Shown here: positions 38,362 through 48,809 of the stretch, piece by piece
Position numbering within the stretch: the first letter of the stretch is position 1
Layout: each line of letters begins with the position of its first letter
Assembly: GCA_963663275.1 (NCBI GenBank)
Contig: OY760183.1
Location: forward strand, 608,001 to 672,000
Source of the DNA: Chloroflexota bacterium
Lineage (GTDB): Bacteria > Chloroflexota > UBA11872 > VXOZ01
DNA: 64,000 bases
Direction of reading: 5' to 3'
Notes under the pieces: generated by a model
What the model was told of the DNA's origin: nothing
Database searches by the model: none
Seen by the model: only the letters and a program-made list of their open reading frames with translations
Translations under genes and position numbers: made by a program

Positions 38362-39789
38362 CTACTTCCCAAACAACCCCGGATTCCGCTCCGCAAACTC
38401 CCGTGCCAGCGCGGTCGCGGTTTCCGTGTCGTCCTGCGCCAGGTCGCCGTCGATGACCAGGTTGAGCAGGTAGTCCTTTATGGGCTTGATCCAGGGGCCT
38501 GGGCCGCGCTCGAACATAGTCATCAGGTCGTTGCCGTCCAGCGGACTTTTCAGTTGCGCCACGTCCTCCTGGGCTTGGAGGTCGCGGCAGCGGGCGGCCA
38601 GGTGGTTCACGCGGGCCGTGCCCGCCTCCACGCGGGAGCGGCGGTAGCTGGTAATGTCGGCGCGGGAGAGGGCAAAGAGGTCGTCGGTGATGCCCTCGGT
38701 TTCGCGCAGGAAGCGGCGCACCGCGCCGTCGGTCCAGTCCGGCGTGTAGAGGTTTGGACGCAGGTGCTCGGCCACCAGGCGCCGGATGCGCTCGCCGCTC
38801 TCCCGGTCGAAGCGCAAGCGCCGCAGTATCTTGCCGGCCATGCGCGCGCCCACGATTTCGTGGCGGAAGAAGTGCACCTTGCCGTCCTGCACCGTCTTCG
38901 TCCGCGGCTTGCCGACGTCGTGCAGCAGCGCCGCCCAGCGCAGCACCGGCGTCGCGGGCACGTTCTCCACCACCTTGAGCGTATGGCCGAACACGTCCTT
39001 GTGGCGACCGTCCTGGGTGGCGCCGCGCAGCGGCAGGAGTTCGGGGATGGCGTGCGCCGCCAGCCCGGTGTCGCAGAGGATTTCCAGGCCCAGGGCCGGC
39101 CGCTCCGCCACCAGCAGGCGGGTCATCTCAGCGGCGATTCTTTCCGCGCTCACGTGCCGCAGCGCGCCCGCCTGGCGGCGCATCGCCGCGCGGGTAGGCG
39201 GATCGATGCGAAAGCCGAGTTCCGCCGCGAACCGGGCGGCGCGCAACATGCGCAACGGGTCTTCGCTAAACCGCTCCTCGGGCTCGCCCACGGCGCGGAT
39301 GAGACCCCGCTGCAGGTCTTGCAGGCCGTGAAAGGGATCGAGCATGGCGCCGCTCGACGGTTCCTGGGCGATCGCGTTGATAGTGAAGTCGCGGCGCGAG
39401 AGGTCCTCTTCCAGGCTCGTGCCAAAGGTGACGGCGGGCTTGCGGCTGCCGACGGCGTATACCTCGCTGCGGTAGGTGGTAATCTCCACCACCCACTCGC
39501 CGAAACTCGCGCCGATGGTGCCGAACTTCTCGCCCACGTCGTAGCGGGAATCCGGCCGCGCGCGCGCCAGCAGGCGCTTGATTACCGGCGGGTGGGCGTC
39601 GGTGGCCAGGTCCAGGTCGCGGCTGGGGCGATGCAACAGCGCGTCGCGCACCGAGCCTCCCACCAGGTAGAGTTCGTGTCCAGCCTGCGCAAATTGGGCC
39701 GCCAACGCGCGCAACACCGGCGCCGACACCAGGTCCTGCACCACGCTTGTGCCGCGATCGCTCACTGCCACGCTCTTGCTCCGCTTCAA
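38362..39789 (-). CDS. cca: CCA tRNA nucleotidyltransferase with HD domain
   Basis: VGGSVRD, DLD, EDLSRRDFTINA, EDPLRMLRA, SAERI, H...ALLHDVGKP. Confidence 0.93.
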   Translation of the reverse strand: MKRSKSVAVSDRGTSVVQDLVSAPVLRALAAQFAQAGHELYLVGGSVRDALLHRPSRDLDLATDAHPPVIKRLLARARPDSRYDVGEKFGTIGASFGEWVVEITTYRSEVYAVGSRKPAVTFGTSLEEDLSRRDFTINAIAQEPSSGAMLDPFHGLQDLQRGLIRAVGEPEERFSEDPLRMLRAARFAAELGFRIDPPTRAAMRRQAGALRHVSAERIAAEMTRLLVAERPALGLEILCDTGLAAHAIPELLPLRGATQDGRHKDVFGHTLKVVENVPATPVLRWAALLHDVGKPRTKTVQDGKVHFFRHEIVGARMAGKILRRLRFDRESGERIRRLVAEHLRPNLYTPDWTDGAVRRFLRETEGITDDLFALSRADITSYRRSRVEAGTARVNHLAARCRDLQAQEDVAQLKSPLDGNDLMTMFERGPGPWIKPIKDYLLNLVIDGDLAQDDTETATALAREFAERNPGLFGK

Positions 39790-40399
39790 CTACGAGAATC
39801 CGTCTTCCCCCACCTGGATTCCGGCTTTCGCCGGAATGACGGACAGTGTGCGGCAATGACGGCGTCCGTTTTGCTGCTTCCAAACTACCGACGGGTAGGA
39901 GAACCGCCTCTCCGCATGGCGACACCGCCAGGGAAGCGCGCGCCGCGACACATTCCTATGATAGCACGCGCCCAAGTCATTCTTGCGCCTGGGCAGGCAG
40001 GTTAGGTTTGCGCCGGGCGCGTTGGCCGCTACAATGAAGGGGGTACGGGCGCTCCGCGCGCGCCGGAATGCGGGGAAGACAGACCGGCCAGTTGCGGGAA
40101 GGGTTGCGGGTTTCCACCGCCGCGGCCGCGGTCAGCGCGTTTGCGTACGAGATACGTGTGTTCGGCCTACGGTCCGCCGTTGCGCGCCAGGCCCGCGCCG
40201 CGCCTGGGATACCGGAAGGCGGGGGACAAGCCCCCGCGCTACGACGTGCGGGCCGCGACGGTAGGGGCACGACATGTCGTGCCCCTACCGGGGAGCGCGA
40301 ATGGCGCGTCTCATCCCGGGGCGTCCGCCGCCGCACACAACCCGGCGCGCCGCCATGGTCGCGCGCCGGCCGCACTGAATCGTCAAAAGGGTCTAAACG

Positions 40400-42388
40400 A
40401 TGCCGCGTGACTTGCCGGTGGGCAACGGCCGCCTGCTCATCTGCTTCGACAACGACTACCGCATCCGCGACGTTTACTATCCCCACGTCGGCCAGGAGGA
40501 CCACGCCCAGGGGCATCCATTCCAATTCGGCGTGTGGGTAGACCACCAGTTCGCCTGGATACACGATAGTTCCTGGCAGAAGTCGCTGCGCTACAACGAA
40601 GACACGCTTGTCACCCACGTCACGGCGCAGAACGACCGCCTGCGTTTGCGGCTCACGCTGCAAGACGCGGTTGACTACAGTTGGGACGTCTTCGTGCGGC
40701 GCATCGAGGTGGAGAACTTGGCCCCCACCGCCCGGGAGGCGCGCCTCTTCTTCCACCACAACTTCTCGCTGGGCGGCATCAGCATCGGCGACACCGCCTA
40801 CTACGATCCCCGCTACCGCTCGCTCATCCACTACAAGGGCAAGATCTTCTTCTGGATGAACGTCATGAACGGCGCCGAGTTCGGGCTGGAATCCTACGCC
40901 ACCGGCACCAAGAACGTGGGCGGTCTGGAGGGCACCTGGCGCGACGCCGAGGACGGCCGCCTGGAAGGCAACCCGATTGCGCAGGGATCCGTGGACAGCA
41001 CCGGCTCCGTCAGCGTCACCGTCGGCGGCGGCGAGACCGCCGCCGTCTACTACTGGATGGCGGTGGGCGACAGCGCCATGGCGGTGGAGGACATGGACCG
41101 CCAGGTGCGCCAGGTCGGCCCGGCCGCCGTGCTCTACCGCACCCAGGAGTACTGGCGGCATTGGGTGCGCAAAGAGGGGTTCGCGCTGGCCGACCTGCCG
41201 CCCGAGATCGGCGCGCTCTTCAACCGCAGCCTGCTCACCATCCAGACCCAGACCGACCACGAAGGCGCGATCATCGCCGCCAACGACAACGACATCGCCC
41301 AGTTCGGACGCGACACCTACTCCTACATGTGGCCGCGCGACGGCGCGCTGGTGGCCTACGCGCTCAGCCGCGCCGGCTATGGCGAGATTTCGCGCCGCTT
41401 CTTCGAGTTCTGCCTGCGCACCATCACGCCCCAAGGCTACATGATGCACAAGTACAATCCCGACGGCTCGGTGGGTTCTTCCTGGCATCCCTGGGCCGCG
41501 CCGGACGGCTCCCGCCAGCACCCGATTCAAGAGGATGAGACCGCCTTGGTCATCTGGGCGCTCTGGCAGCACTTCGAGAAGTATTGGGACGTGGAGTTCA
41601 TCAAGCCCTTCTACGCCTCGTTCATCAAGCCCGCCGCCCAGTTCATGAGCCTCTACCGCGACCTGACCACCGGCCTGCCGGTGCCGTCCTACGACCTGTG
41701 GGAAGAGCGCCACGGCGTGCACGCGCATACGGTGGCCACCGTCTACGCCGGCCTGCAAGCGGCGGCCAACTTTACCGAGACCTTTGGCGAAAACACCTAC
41801 ACGGAGAGTTACCGGCGCACGGCGGAAGAGCTGAAAGAAGCGGCGCTCACGCACATGGTGAACCCGGATACCGGCCTCTTTTCGCGCATGGTCACGCCCC
41901 TGCCCGACGGCACCGTACGCCACGACCCCACCATCGACAGCGCCACCTACGCGCTCTGGTACTTCGGCATGTTGCCGCCCGACGACCCGCTTGTAGTCAA
42001 AGTGATGGAAACGGTACGGGATCGTCTATGGGTGAAGACGGACGTCGGCGGCCTGGCGCGCTACGAAAACGACTACTACCACCAGATCAGCAACAACATC
42101 AGCGTCGTCCCCGGCAACCCGTGGTTCATCTGCACCCTCTGGCTGGCGGAGTGGCACATCGCCAAGGCCACCACACTCGCGGACCTGGAACCGGCGAAGG
42201 AAATCCTGCTCTGGGTCGAGCGCCGCCGCCTGGAGAGCGGCTGCCTGGCCGAGCAAGTCCATCCCTTCACCAACGCGCCCCTCAGCGTCTCACCCCTCAC
42301 CTGGAGCCACGCCACCGTGGTGATGACGGTGAACGCCTACGTGGAGAAGTACAATCTCCTCAAGCAAGGCGAAAACGGTCAACCATAG
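40400..42388 (+). CDS. glycoside hydrolase family 15 (glucoamylase-like)
   Basis: YSYMWPRDG, QEDET, DLWEE, ARYENDYY, LAEQ, PLTWSHA. Confidence 0.92.
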   Translation: MPRDLPVGNGRLLICFDNDYRIRDVYYPHVGQEDHAQGHPFQFGVWVDHQFAWIHDSSWQKSLRYNEDTLVTHVTAQNDRLRLRLTLQDAVDYSWDVFVRRIEVENLAPTAREARLFFHHNFSLGGISIGDTAYYDPRYRSLIHYKGKIFFWMNVMNGAEFGLESYATGTKNVGGLEGTWRDAEDGRLEGNPIAQGSVDSTGSVSVTVGGGETAAVYYWMAVGDSAMAVEDMDRQVRQVGPAAVLYRTQEYWRHWVRKEGFALADLPPEIGALFNRSLLTIQTQTDHEGAIIAANDNDIAQFGRDTYSYMWPRDGALVAYALSRAGYGEISRRFFEFCLRTITPQGYMMHKYNPDGSVGSSWHPWAAPDGSRQHPIQEDETALVIWALWQHFEKYWDVEFIKPFYASFIKPAAQFMSLYRDLTTGLPVPSYDLWEERHGVHAHTVATVYAGLQAAANFTETFGENTYTESYRRTAEELKEAALTHMVNPDTGLFSRMVTPLPDGTVRHDPTIDSATYALWYFGMLPPDDPLVVKVMETVRDRLWVKTDVGGLARYENDYYHQISNNISVVPGNPWFICTLWLAEWHIAKATTLADLEPAKEILLWVERRRLESGCLAEQVHPFTNAPLSVSPLTWSHATVVMTVNAYVEKYNLLKQGENGQP

Positions 42389-42391
42389 ACC

Positions 42392-42775
42392 TGTGGATAA
42401 CCTGCCGCTATCCTGTGGATAACGCGGCGGAAGTGGGGGAAACCTGCCCCAAAACAGGTCGCAGGTTGCGGGAAATCCTGCGGATACGTTGCGGATAAGC
42501 CGGGGAATTCTGCCGCTCTGCCGTCTATATCCAGCCGTCGGCGTTGTATATACGTTGGGGATATAGGGGAGACTTTTCCCCGCTTCACAGCAGCAGCCGC
42601 GCCTGGCTTACCCTTCATCCTCTCTCTCCCGCGCTAACGACATCCTTTTCCCAAGCCCTGCAACCAAGCCAATAGCGCGCTACGACTGGCACGATCGCGG
42701 TTTTCCCCACTATCCACAGGACTGACGATGACTGCGGCTGTGTTCTTCTCCCTTTTTCTCTCCCACTTGTAAGTC
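42392..42775. promoter_or_regulatory. candidate replication origin (oriC): DnaA-box cluster
   Basis: Perfect TGTGGATAA at 42392 and 42414, near-matches at 42467, 42479 and 42490, and tandem TTTTCCCCA-CTATCCACA at 42701-42718 followed by a trio-like tract. Confidence 0.75.
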
Positions 42776-42912
42776 AAGGTTCGCTCCGTCCGCCTACTCA
42801 GACAACCACACAGCGGATACAATAGACACCGAGCGGCGCGGGACTACATCGAGAACCGTTCCACCGCAAGAGGCGGCTGGCTGCCGCGGCAGCGAATACA
42901 CGGAGCGTGACC

Positions 42913-44034
42913 ATGGACGATTCAATCCGCTACACGAAGCAGAAGTACGGCTGCAAGGTCGAGGTCCTGGCGGACGGCAAGCCGGTCTCCAGGCTGCGCA
43001 TCGAGGATTACACAATGCGCCTTGGCGGATCCTGGGTGCGCATGGGCGGCATCGCGGCTGTGGAGACGGATCCGGGGCAGCGCGGCCAAGGCTACGGACG
43101 GCGGCTCTTGGATGGGGCCGTCGCCTACATGCGCCGGAAAGAGTATCCGGTCTCTCTGCTGTTCGGCGTTCCTGACTTCTATCATCGCTTTGGCTACACC
43201 ACGGTCCTGGTGAGCAAGTGCGCGGTGCGCGTGCCCACGGCCGCGGCCGAAACGCTGACCGCAACGCTGCCGGTGCGTGAGGCGGGGCCGGAGGACACGG
43301 AGGCCTTGCTGGCAATCTATCACGCCGACGAGACGGCGCGCAGCGGCAAACTGCGCCGCACGCGGGTCTCGCTCTTTCCGCACCTGGCGCCCGACGCCGA
43401 ATGGTTCTGGGAGGCGCGGCCTATCCTGGTAGCCGAACAGGAGGGCACGCCGGTGGCGTACGCGCTGGGCAACACCGAGTGGCGAGAGGAGAACTCGGAA
43501 TGGCGGGTGTTTCTCCATGAGCTGGAAGCGCCGGCGGCGGTTGCGCACACCGCCGGCACAAGCCTCATCCGCGCGCTGGCGGCGCAGGCGGCGGCCCGGC
43601 GGCAGGAATGGCTGAGCTTCGAGATGCTGCCCGACGCGCCGGTGCTGGACGCGCTGCGGCCAATCGGCTACAGCCAGGAGATTATGTATCGCCGCAATCA
43701 GGGCGGCATGGGGCGTATCATAGACTTGGCCGGCCTGGCGAACGCCCTAGCGGAGCCCCTGTCGCGGCGCAACGAGGCGATGGCTAGCGAGACGCGGGTG
43801 GGAACAATTGTGTTCAGGTGCGGTGGCGAGGAGGCCGAGGTGGAAGTTGGCAGCGGACGGCCGCTTGCGATAACTTTGCCCCAAGACGCCCTTCTGCAAC
43901 TGCTCATGGGCTATCGCGGCATTGGAGAATTGCGCCTGGAGTACCCGGCGTGCGCGGCGGAACAGGACGCAGGGGTAGTGGACGCGCTCTTTCCCAGAGG
44001 CTATCCGTACACGTGGCAGATAGACCACTTCTAG
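42913..44034 (+). CDS. GNAT family (Eis-like) acetyltransferase
   Basis: GGIAAVETDPGQRGQGYG, FYHRFGY, C-terminal DHF. Confidence 0.85.
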   Translation: MDDSIRYTKQKYGCKVEVLADGKPVSRLRIEDYTMRLGGSWVRMGGIAAVETDPGQRGQGYGRRLLDGAVAYMRRKEYPVSLLFGVPDFYHRFGYTTVLVSKCAVRVPTAAAETLTATLPVREAGPEDTEALLAIYHADETARSGKLRRTRVSLFPHLAPDAEWFWEARPILVAEQEGTPVAYALGNTEWREENSEWRVFLHELEAPAAVAHTAGTSLIRALAAQAAARRQEWLSFEMLPDAPVLDALRPIGYSQEIMYRRNQGGMGRIIDLAGLANALAEPLSRRNEAMASETRVGTIVFRCGGEEAEVEVGSGRPLAITLPQDALLQLLMGYRGIGELRLEYPACAAEQDAGVVDALFPRGYPYTWQIDHF

Positions 44035-44117
44035 GCGCGTGGGAGCGATTGACGTTCTGTGGCGCGCGCCTCGGATTGCGGCTTGGACGCCCGTTGGCAC
44101 GGCTACACGACGCGCCG

Positions 44118-44310
44118 GTAGGGGCACGACATGTCGTGCCCCTACCGCCATCACATGCCGTAGCGCGGGGGCTTGACCCCCGCCGCAAAGGGGCAATCGG
44201 CGTAGCGCGGGGGCTCGTCCCCCGCCACAGAGGGGCAATCGGCGTAGCGCGGGGGCTTGTCCCCCGCCACAGAGGGGCAATCGGCGTAGCGCGGGGGCTC
44301 GTCCCCCGCC
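44118..44310 (+). repeat. REP family C followed by four REP family A units at a 42-bp period
   Basis: GTAG starts at 44160, 44202, 44244 and 44286. Confidence 0.92.
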
Positions 44311-44401
44311 GGAGGGGGAATTGGCGCGGCGCCGGCGCTTTTGCTCCGCTTCTTGGCATGGAACCAACACACCACCTCACGTATTGGCACAAAGGACGCC
44401 G

Positions 44402-45049
44402 ATGGGCATCGCTGCCGTAATCTTCGACGTGGACGGTCTCATGGCCGATAGCGAGCCGTTGCACCGCGCCGCCTGGCGTGAACTCGGCCGGCAGTGCGGT
44501 TTTCCCACCTATCCCACCGACGCCGCCGAGAGCCTGGGACAGCGCGTCAGCGATAGCATCCACCTGCGCCACGCCCAGGGCCGCTTCAGCCAGGATCCGG
44601 CGGAGATGCTGGACCGCTACCACGACATTCTCAATGCGTTCATCCGGGAGCGGCTGCAACCGAAGTATGGGCTGCGCGCGGCGCTGGACTTCGTGCGCGG
44701 GCGGGGATGGCCGTGCGGCGCGGCCTCTTCCGGGGACAGAGTGTACATCGACGTGGCGCTGGACGTGCTGGGGATACGCGGCTATTTCCAGGCGGTGGCG
44801 ACGGGCGACGAGGTGGCTGAAGGCAAGCCCGATCCGGCGCTCTACCTGCTGGCGGCGGCGCGCCTCGGCGTAGCCCCCACGGACTGCGTGGCGTTGGAAG
44901 ACAGCCCCCGCGGCGTGCAAGCCGCGAAAGCCGCTAGGATGCGCTGCATCGCGGTGCCGGAGGGCGCGCGGACGCTGCCTGAGGCCGACGCGGTGTGCGA
45001 ATCCCTGGTCACGGCAATCGAAGTCCTGCGCCGGTGGGCGCGGGGTTGA
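44402..45049 (+). CDS. HAD family phosphatase
   Basis: FDVDGLMADSE, GKPDP, EDSPRG. Confidence 0.92.
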   Translation: MGIAAVIFDVDGLMADSEPLHRAAWRELGRQCGFPTYPTDAAESLGQRVSDSIHLRHAQGRFSQDPAEMLDRYHDILNAFIRERLQPKYGLRAALDFVRGRGWPCGAASSGDRVYIDVALDVLGIRGYFQAVATGDEVAEGKPDPALYLLAAARLGVAPTDCVALEDSPRGVQAAKAARMRCIAVPEGARTLPEADAVCESLVTAIEVLRRWARG

Positions 45050-45191
45050 AAGAGAGCAAAGGGCGAGCGCGGCTTCCGGGAACATGCGCCCGCTCACTTC
45101 CAACCCGATCGGTTCTGCTAAACTGATTCTGGGCGCGTGAAAACGAGGACGCCTGGGAATCTGCGCCCGCAACGTGGATAAGGATAGAAGC

Positions 45192-45986
45192 ATGGATAGA
45201 GCGGCGATGCCGAAGAAGCCCGCTGATTTGCGGGCGCTCATTCGGGCCGGTGAGTGGCAGACCACGACGGAGGGCCTGGCGCCGGGGTTCGTGCAGACGA
45301 ACCTGGCGATCGTGCCTCGGGACCTGGCGTTCGACTTTCTCCTCTTCTGCCAGCGCAATCCCCAGCCGTGTCCCGTGCTGGAGGTGCTGGAACCGGGGTC
45401 GCACGAGCCCCGCGAGACGGCGCCCGGCGCGGACATTCGCACCGACGTGCCGCGCTACCGCGTCTACGAGCACGGCGCGCTGGCGGCTGAGGTCACGGAC
45501 ATCACCGACCGCTGGCAAGACGACTTCGTCTCGTTCCTGCTGGGGTGCAGTTTCAGCTTCGAGTCCGCCATGCTGGCCGCCGGCATCCCCCTGCGCCACC
45601 TGCAAGAGGGCAACGACGTGCCGGTCTACGTCACGAATCGGGATACGACAACCGCCGGCGCGTTCTCCGGGCCGCTGGTGGTGAGCATGAGGCCGATTCA
45701 CCATACCCAGGTCGTGCGGGCGGTGCAGACCACGTCGCGCTTTCCGGGCGTGCACGGCGCGCCGGTGCACGTGGGCGATCCGGCGGAGATCGGCATTGCC
45801 GACCTGGACGAGCCCCAGTGGGGCGCGCGCACCGACGTGCGCGCGGGCGAGGTGCCGGTCTTCTGGGCCTGCGGCGTCACGCCGCAAGCGGTCGCCCTGG
45901 CCAGCAAACCGCCACTGATGATCACCCACGCGGCGGGCCACATGTTCCTCACCGACCTGCAGGACGCCCACCTGGCCGTGCTGTAG
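45192..45986 (+). CDS. putative hydro-lyase, DUF1445/D-glutamate cyclase-like
   Basis: FCQRNPQPCP, GCSFSFE, HGAPVH, FWACGVTPQ, ITHA.GHM. Confidence 0.9.
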   Translation: MDRAAMPKKPADLRALIRAGEWQTTTEGLAPGFVQTNLAIVPRDLAFDFLLFCQRNPQPCPVLEVLEPGSHEPRETAPGADIRTDVPRYRVYEHGALAAEVTDITDRWQDDFVSFLLGCSFSFESAMLAAGIPLRHLQEGNDVPVYVTNRDTTTAGAFSGPLVVSMRPIHHTQVVRAVQTTSRFPGVHGAPVHVGDPAEIGIADLDEPQWGARTDVRAGEVPVFWACGVTPQAVALASKPPLMITHAAGHMFLTDLQDAHLAVL

Positions 45987-46099
45987 GACGCCCTGCCGGT
46001 TCCCTTCTGCCTGGGCGCCAGCCGCAGCGCCATTCCTGTTCCCTCTCCCAGGGGGGATTGCCGCGGTGCTCTTCCTATTCCCTCTCCCTGGGGAGAGGG

Positions 46100-46615
46100 T
46101 TAGGGTGAGGGGGACGCGCCCGCGCCGGGCGAGACCCCTTCCACCCACACCTCGCCGTCGGCGTAGGCCTCTTTCTTCCAGATGGGCACCGTCTCTTTCA
46201 GGCGGTCGATGGCGAACGCGCAGGCCGCGAACGACTCCTTGCGGTGCGGCGTCGCCACCGCGATCGCCACCGAAACCTCGCCGATTTCCAGCTTGCCGAT
46301 GCGGTGCAGCATGGCCACGCGGCAGTCCGGCCAGCGGGCGTAGACCTCCAGCGCGATTTTGCGCATCTCGGCCTCGGCCATCTCCGGGTAGGCCTCGTAC
46401 GTGAGGCCGGTGACGCTCTTGCCCCGGGCGTGGTTGCGCACCGTGCCGGAGAAGGTGGCCACGGCGCCGTAGGCGTCCGTCAGCACGTGGGGGATCAGTT
46501 CGTCCGCCGTAATTGGCCGCTCCAGGATGCGGAAATGGCCGGTATCGACCTTTTCCGCCGCGGTTTCGGCGGTAGTTGTGGCTGCCGTGTTGGCAGTGGT
46601 GTTCGTCGCAGTCAT
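46100..46615 (-). CDS. moaE: molybdopterin synthase large subunit
   Basis: GAVATFSGTVR, YEAYPEMA, HRIG.L, PHR, LKETVPIWKKE. Confidence 0.95.
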   Translation of the reverse strand: MTATNTTANTAATTTAETAAEKVDTGHFRILERPITADELIPHVLTDAYGAVATFSGTVRNHARGKSVTGLTYEAYPEMAEAEMRKIALEVYARWPDCRVAMLHRIGKLEIGEVSVAIAVATPHRKESFAACAFAIDRLKETVPIWKKEAYADGEVWVEGVSPGAGASPSP

Positions 46616-46673
46616 CGCTTAGCCGCTCCTCAATGCTTTCACCCTCACCCCGGCCCTCTCCCTCAGGGAGAGG

Positions 46674-46997
46674 GGGTCTTACCCACTTGTCGATCAGACG
46701 CAGGAAGGCTCTTCTCCCGTAGCGCGGGGGCTTGTCCCCCGCCTCTGCCGGCGTGGGTCTTACCCAATTGTCGATCAGGCGCTGGAAGGCTCTTCCCCTG
46801 TAGCGCGGGGGCTAGTCCCCCGCCTCTACCGGCGTGGGTCTTACCCAATTGTCGAACGTACGCTGGAAGGCATTTCTCCCGTAGCGCGGGGGCTAGTCCC
46901 CCGCCTCTGCCGGCGTGGGTCTTACCCAATTGTCGATCGTACGCTGGAAGGCTCATCTCCCGTAGCGCGGGGGCTAGTCCCCCGCCTCTGCCGGCGG
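46674..46997. repeat. four 81-bp tandem units, each containing a REP family A hairpin
   Basis: Unit starts at 46674, 46755, 46836 and 46917, between moaD and moaE. Confidence 0.95.
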
Positions 46998-47002
46998 GGC
47001 GT

Positions 47003-47266
47003 TCAGCCGCCGCTTACCGGCGGGATGAAGGCCACCTCGTCGCCGGCGTGGAGCACGGTATCCGCCGACGCGTACGCGCGGTTGACGGAATAAGACACCG
47101 CTGCTTCCGCGCCCGCCAACGCCGGGTACTCGTGAATGAGCCGCGCGAGCACGTCGCCCACCGTCGCGCCGGCGGGCGCCTCTTGTTTCAGCGTGCTTAC
47201 GCCCAGGGTTTCGCGAAAGACCGCGAAGAGCCGCAGGGTAATCGTAATCGATGCGGTCTCTGCCAT
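47003..47266 (-). CDS. moaD: molybdopterin synthase sulfur carrier
   Basis: LFAVFRE, GDEVAFIPPVSGG with C-terminal GG. Confidence 0.95.
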   Translation of the reverse strand: MAETASITITLRLFAVFRETLGVSTLKQEAPAGATVGDVLARLIHEYPALAGAEAAVSYSVNRAYASADTVLHAGDEVAFIPPVSGG

Positions 47267-47392
47267 GGCGCTCCATCTCCCACCGCCGCGTTGTGCCCCC
47301 AGTATACCAAAGCGACGGGCCGTTCCGGAGAAGGTGTAGACCGTTATGCGCGCAAAGAGGCGGGGGACAAGATCCGATGCCGTCGCGTTAAC

Positions 47393-47725
47393 GTAGCGCG
47401 GGGGCTTGTCCCCCGCCGGAACAAGAGAGATGCGAATGGAATGTATCGACCCTACGAAAGACGCAGGTTACAAACCTGCGCTACCGGAGAAACGAGCGTA
47501 GTTCTCATGTTCATGGCGTTTAATGCGACAGCAATAGGGGCAAGACCCCGCGCTACAGCTCTATGATTGGTGCGGTAGGGGCACGACATGTCGTGCCCCT
47601 ACCGGGACTGGCACGAGCCAAGAGGCGAGGGACAAGCCCCCGCGCTACGGTGGAATGCGCCGGGCCGTGCCGGAGAAGGTGTAGACCGTTACGCGCGAAG
47701 AGGCGGGGGACAAGCCCCCGCGCTA
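47393..47725. repeat. mosaic REP cluster (families A, B and C)
   Basis: Several REP copies; 47415-47556 is homologous to 11635-11775. Confidence 0.85.
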
Positions 47726-47872
47726 CGGTGGAATGCGCCGCGCCGTGTCGGAGTAAGTATTAACCCTTGCACGCAGCGGTTGCGGTCGGGCGCGTAGTTG
47801 CGCAGGACGCGGCGAGCAGGCTTGACAGATGCCTGCACTCCGGCAATAGTACACGGCAAGGAGGATGGCGTA

Positions 47873-48697
47873 GTGTCTGAGCGGAAGGCGGCGGTTGCAG
47901 AACCGGTCCTCAGCGCCGAGCAGATAGCGTTCTATCACGCGAACGGCTATCTGGTGCTCCCCGGCGTGCTCTCGGCGCGGGAGTTGGCGGCGCTGCGGGC
48001 GGCCGCGGACGCGCTGGACGCGGAGCGGCTCCGGCGCGGCGGCGCGGAGCGCACCGTCGCCATTCACGACGTCATCTTCTTGCAGGAAGCGTTCATGGAA
48101 GCCGCGCACCATCCGGCGCTCATTGGAGCGTCCGTGCAGCTTATCGGCGAGAACCTACATCTGATCCAGGCGCGGGTCCACTGGAAGCCGATCGCGAAGG
48201 GCGAGGGCGCGGTGGACTGGCATCAGGACTACCCGTTTCACCCATTGACCAACTATGACGTGCTGGCGGTGACGTTCCTGCTCGATGACACAACGGCGCG
48301 GAACGGCGCGTTGCAGGCCATACCCGGCAGCCACCGGCGCGGTCCGCTGAACCATCACGACGAAGACGGCGCTTTTGCCGGCCGCTGCACAAATCCCGAC
48401 GATTACGCCGCCGACGTCGCCAACGGCAACCTGTTCGATCTGGAAGGCCCCGCCGGCAGCATGACGATCCACCACGCGAATCTGCTGCACTACACGCACC
48501 CCAACAACAGCGAGACCCCGCGCCGGGCGTTGGTCTACCAGATTGCGGCCGGCGACGCGGCGCTGCTGGGCGGCAACTTCTTCAAGGTCTGGCCGGTCTA
48601 CCTGCACGGCAGCGACCCGTTGACGGCCCGCTTCCTGGACGGCTCGACCCAGCGTTTGCCCCAGCCCTTTCGCAATCAGGGAGGACTGGATAGCTGA
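47873..48697 (+). CDS. phytanoyl-CoA dioxygenase (PhyH) family protein
   Basis: GYLVL, WHQD, NGAL..IPGSH, H..LLH, N.S..PRR. Confidence 0.9.
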   Translation: MSERKAAVAEPVLSAEQIAFYHANGYLVLPGVLSARELAALRAAADALDAERLRRGGAERTVAIHDVIFLQEAFMEAAHHPALIGASVQLIGENLHLIQARVHWKPIAKGEGAVDWHQDYPFHPLTNYDVLAVTFLLDDTTARNGALQAIPGSHRRGPLNHHDEDGAFAGRCTNPDDYAADVANGNLFDLEGPAGSMTIHHANLLHYTHPNNSETPRRALVYQIAAGDAALLGGNFFKVWPVYLHGSDPLTARFLDGSTQRLPQPFRNQGGLDS

Positions 48698-48809
48698 GAC
48701 GTTGACTTTAAGGGAAACCGCTCCCTATGATTAGAGCGCAACCCGTAGGGGTGCGGGACGCGAACAGAATTGGAGCGCAGGTTCTGGGGGGAACCGCTAG
48801 GGAATAATC

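Noticed and set aside
44160-46997. 42-bp and 81-bp arrays as CRISPR arrays
   Set aside because: The linkers are near-identical rather than unique spacers, the repeat is the dispersed REP, and no cas genes are present.
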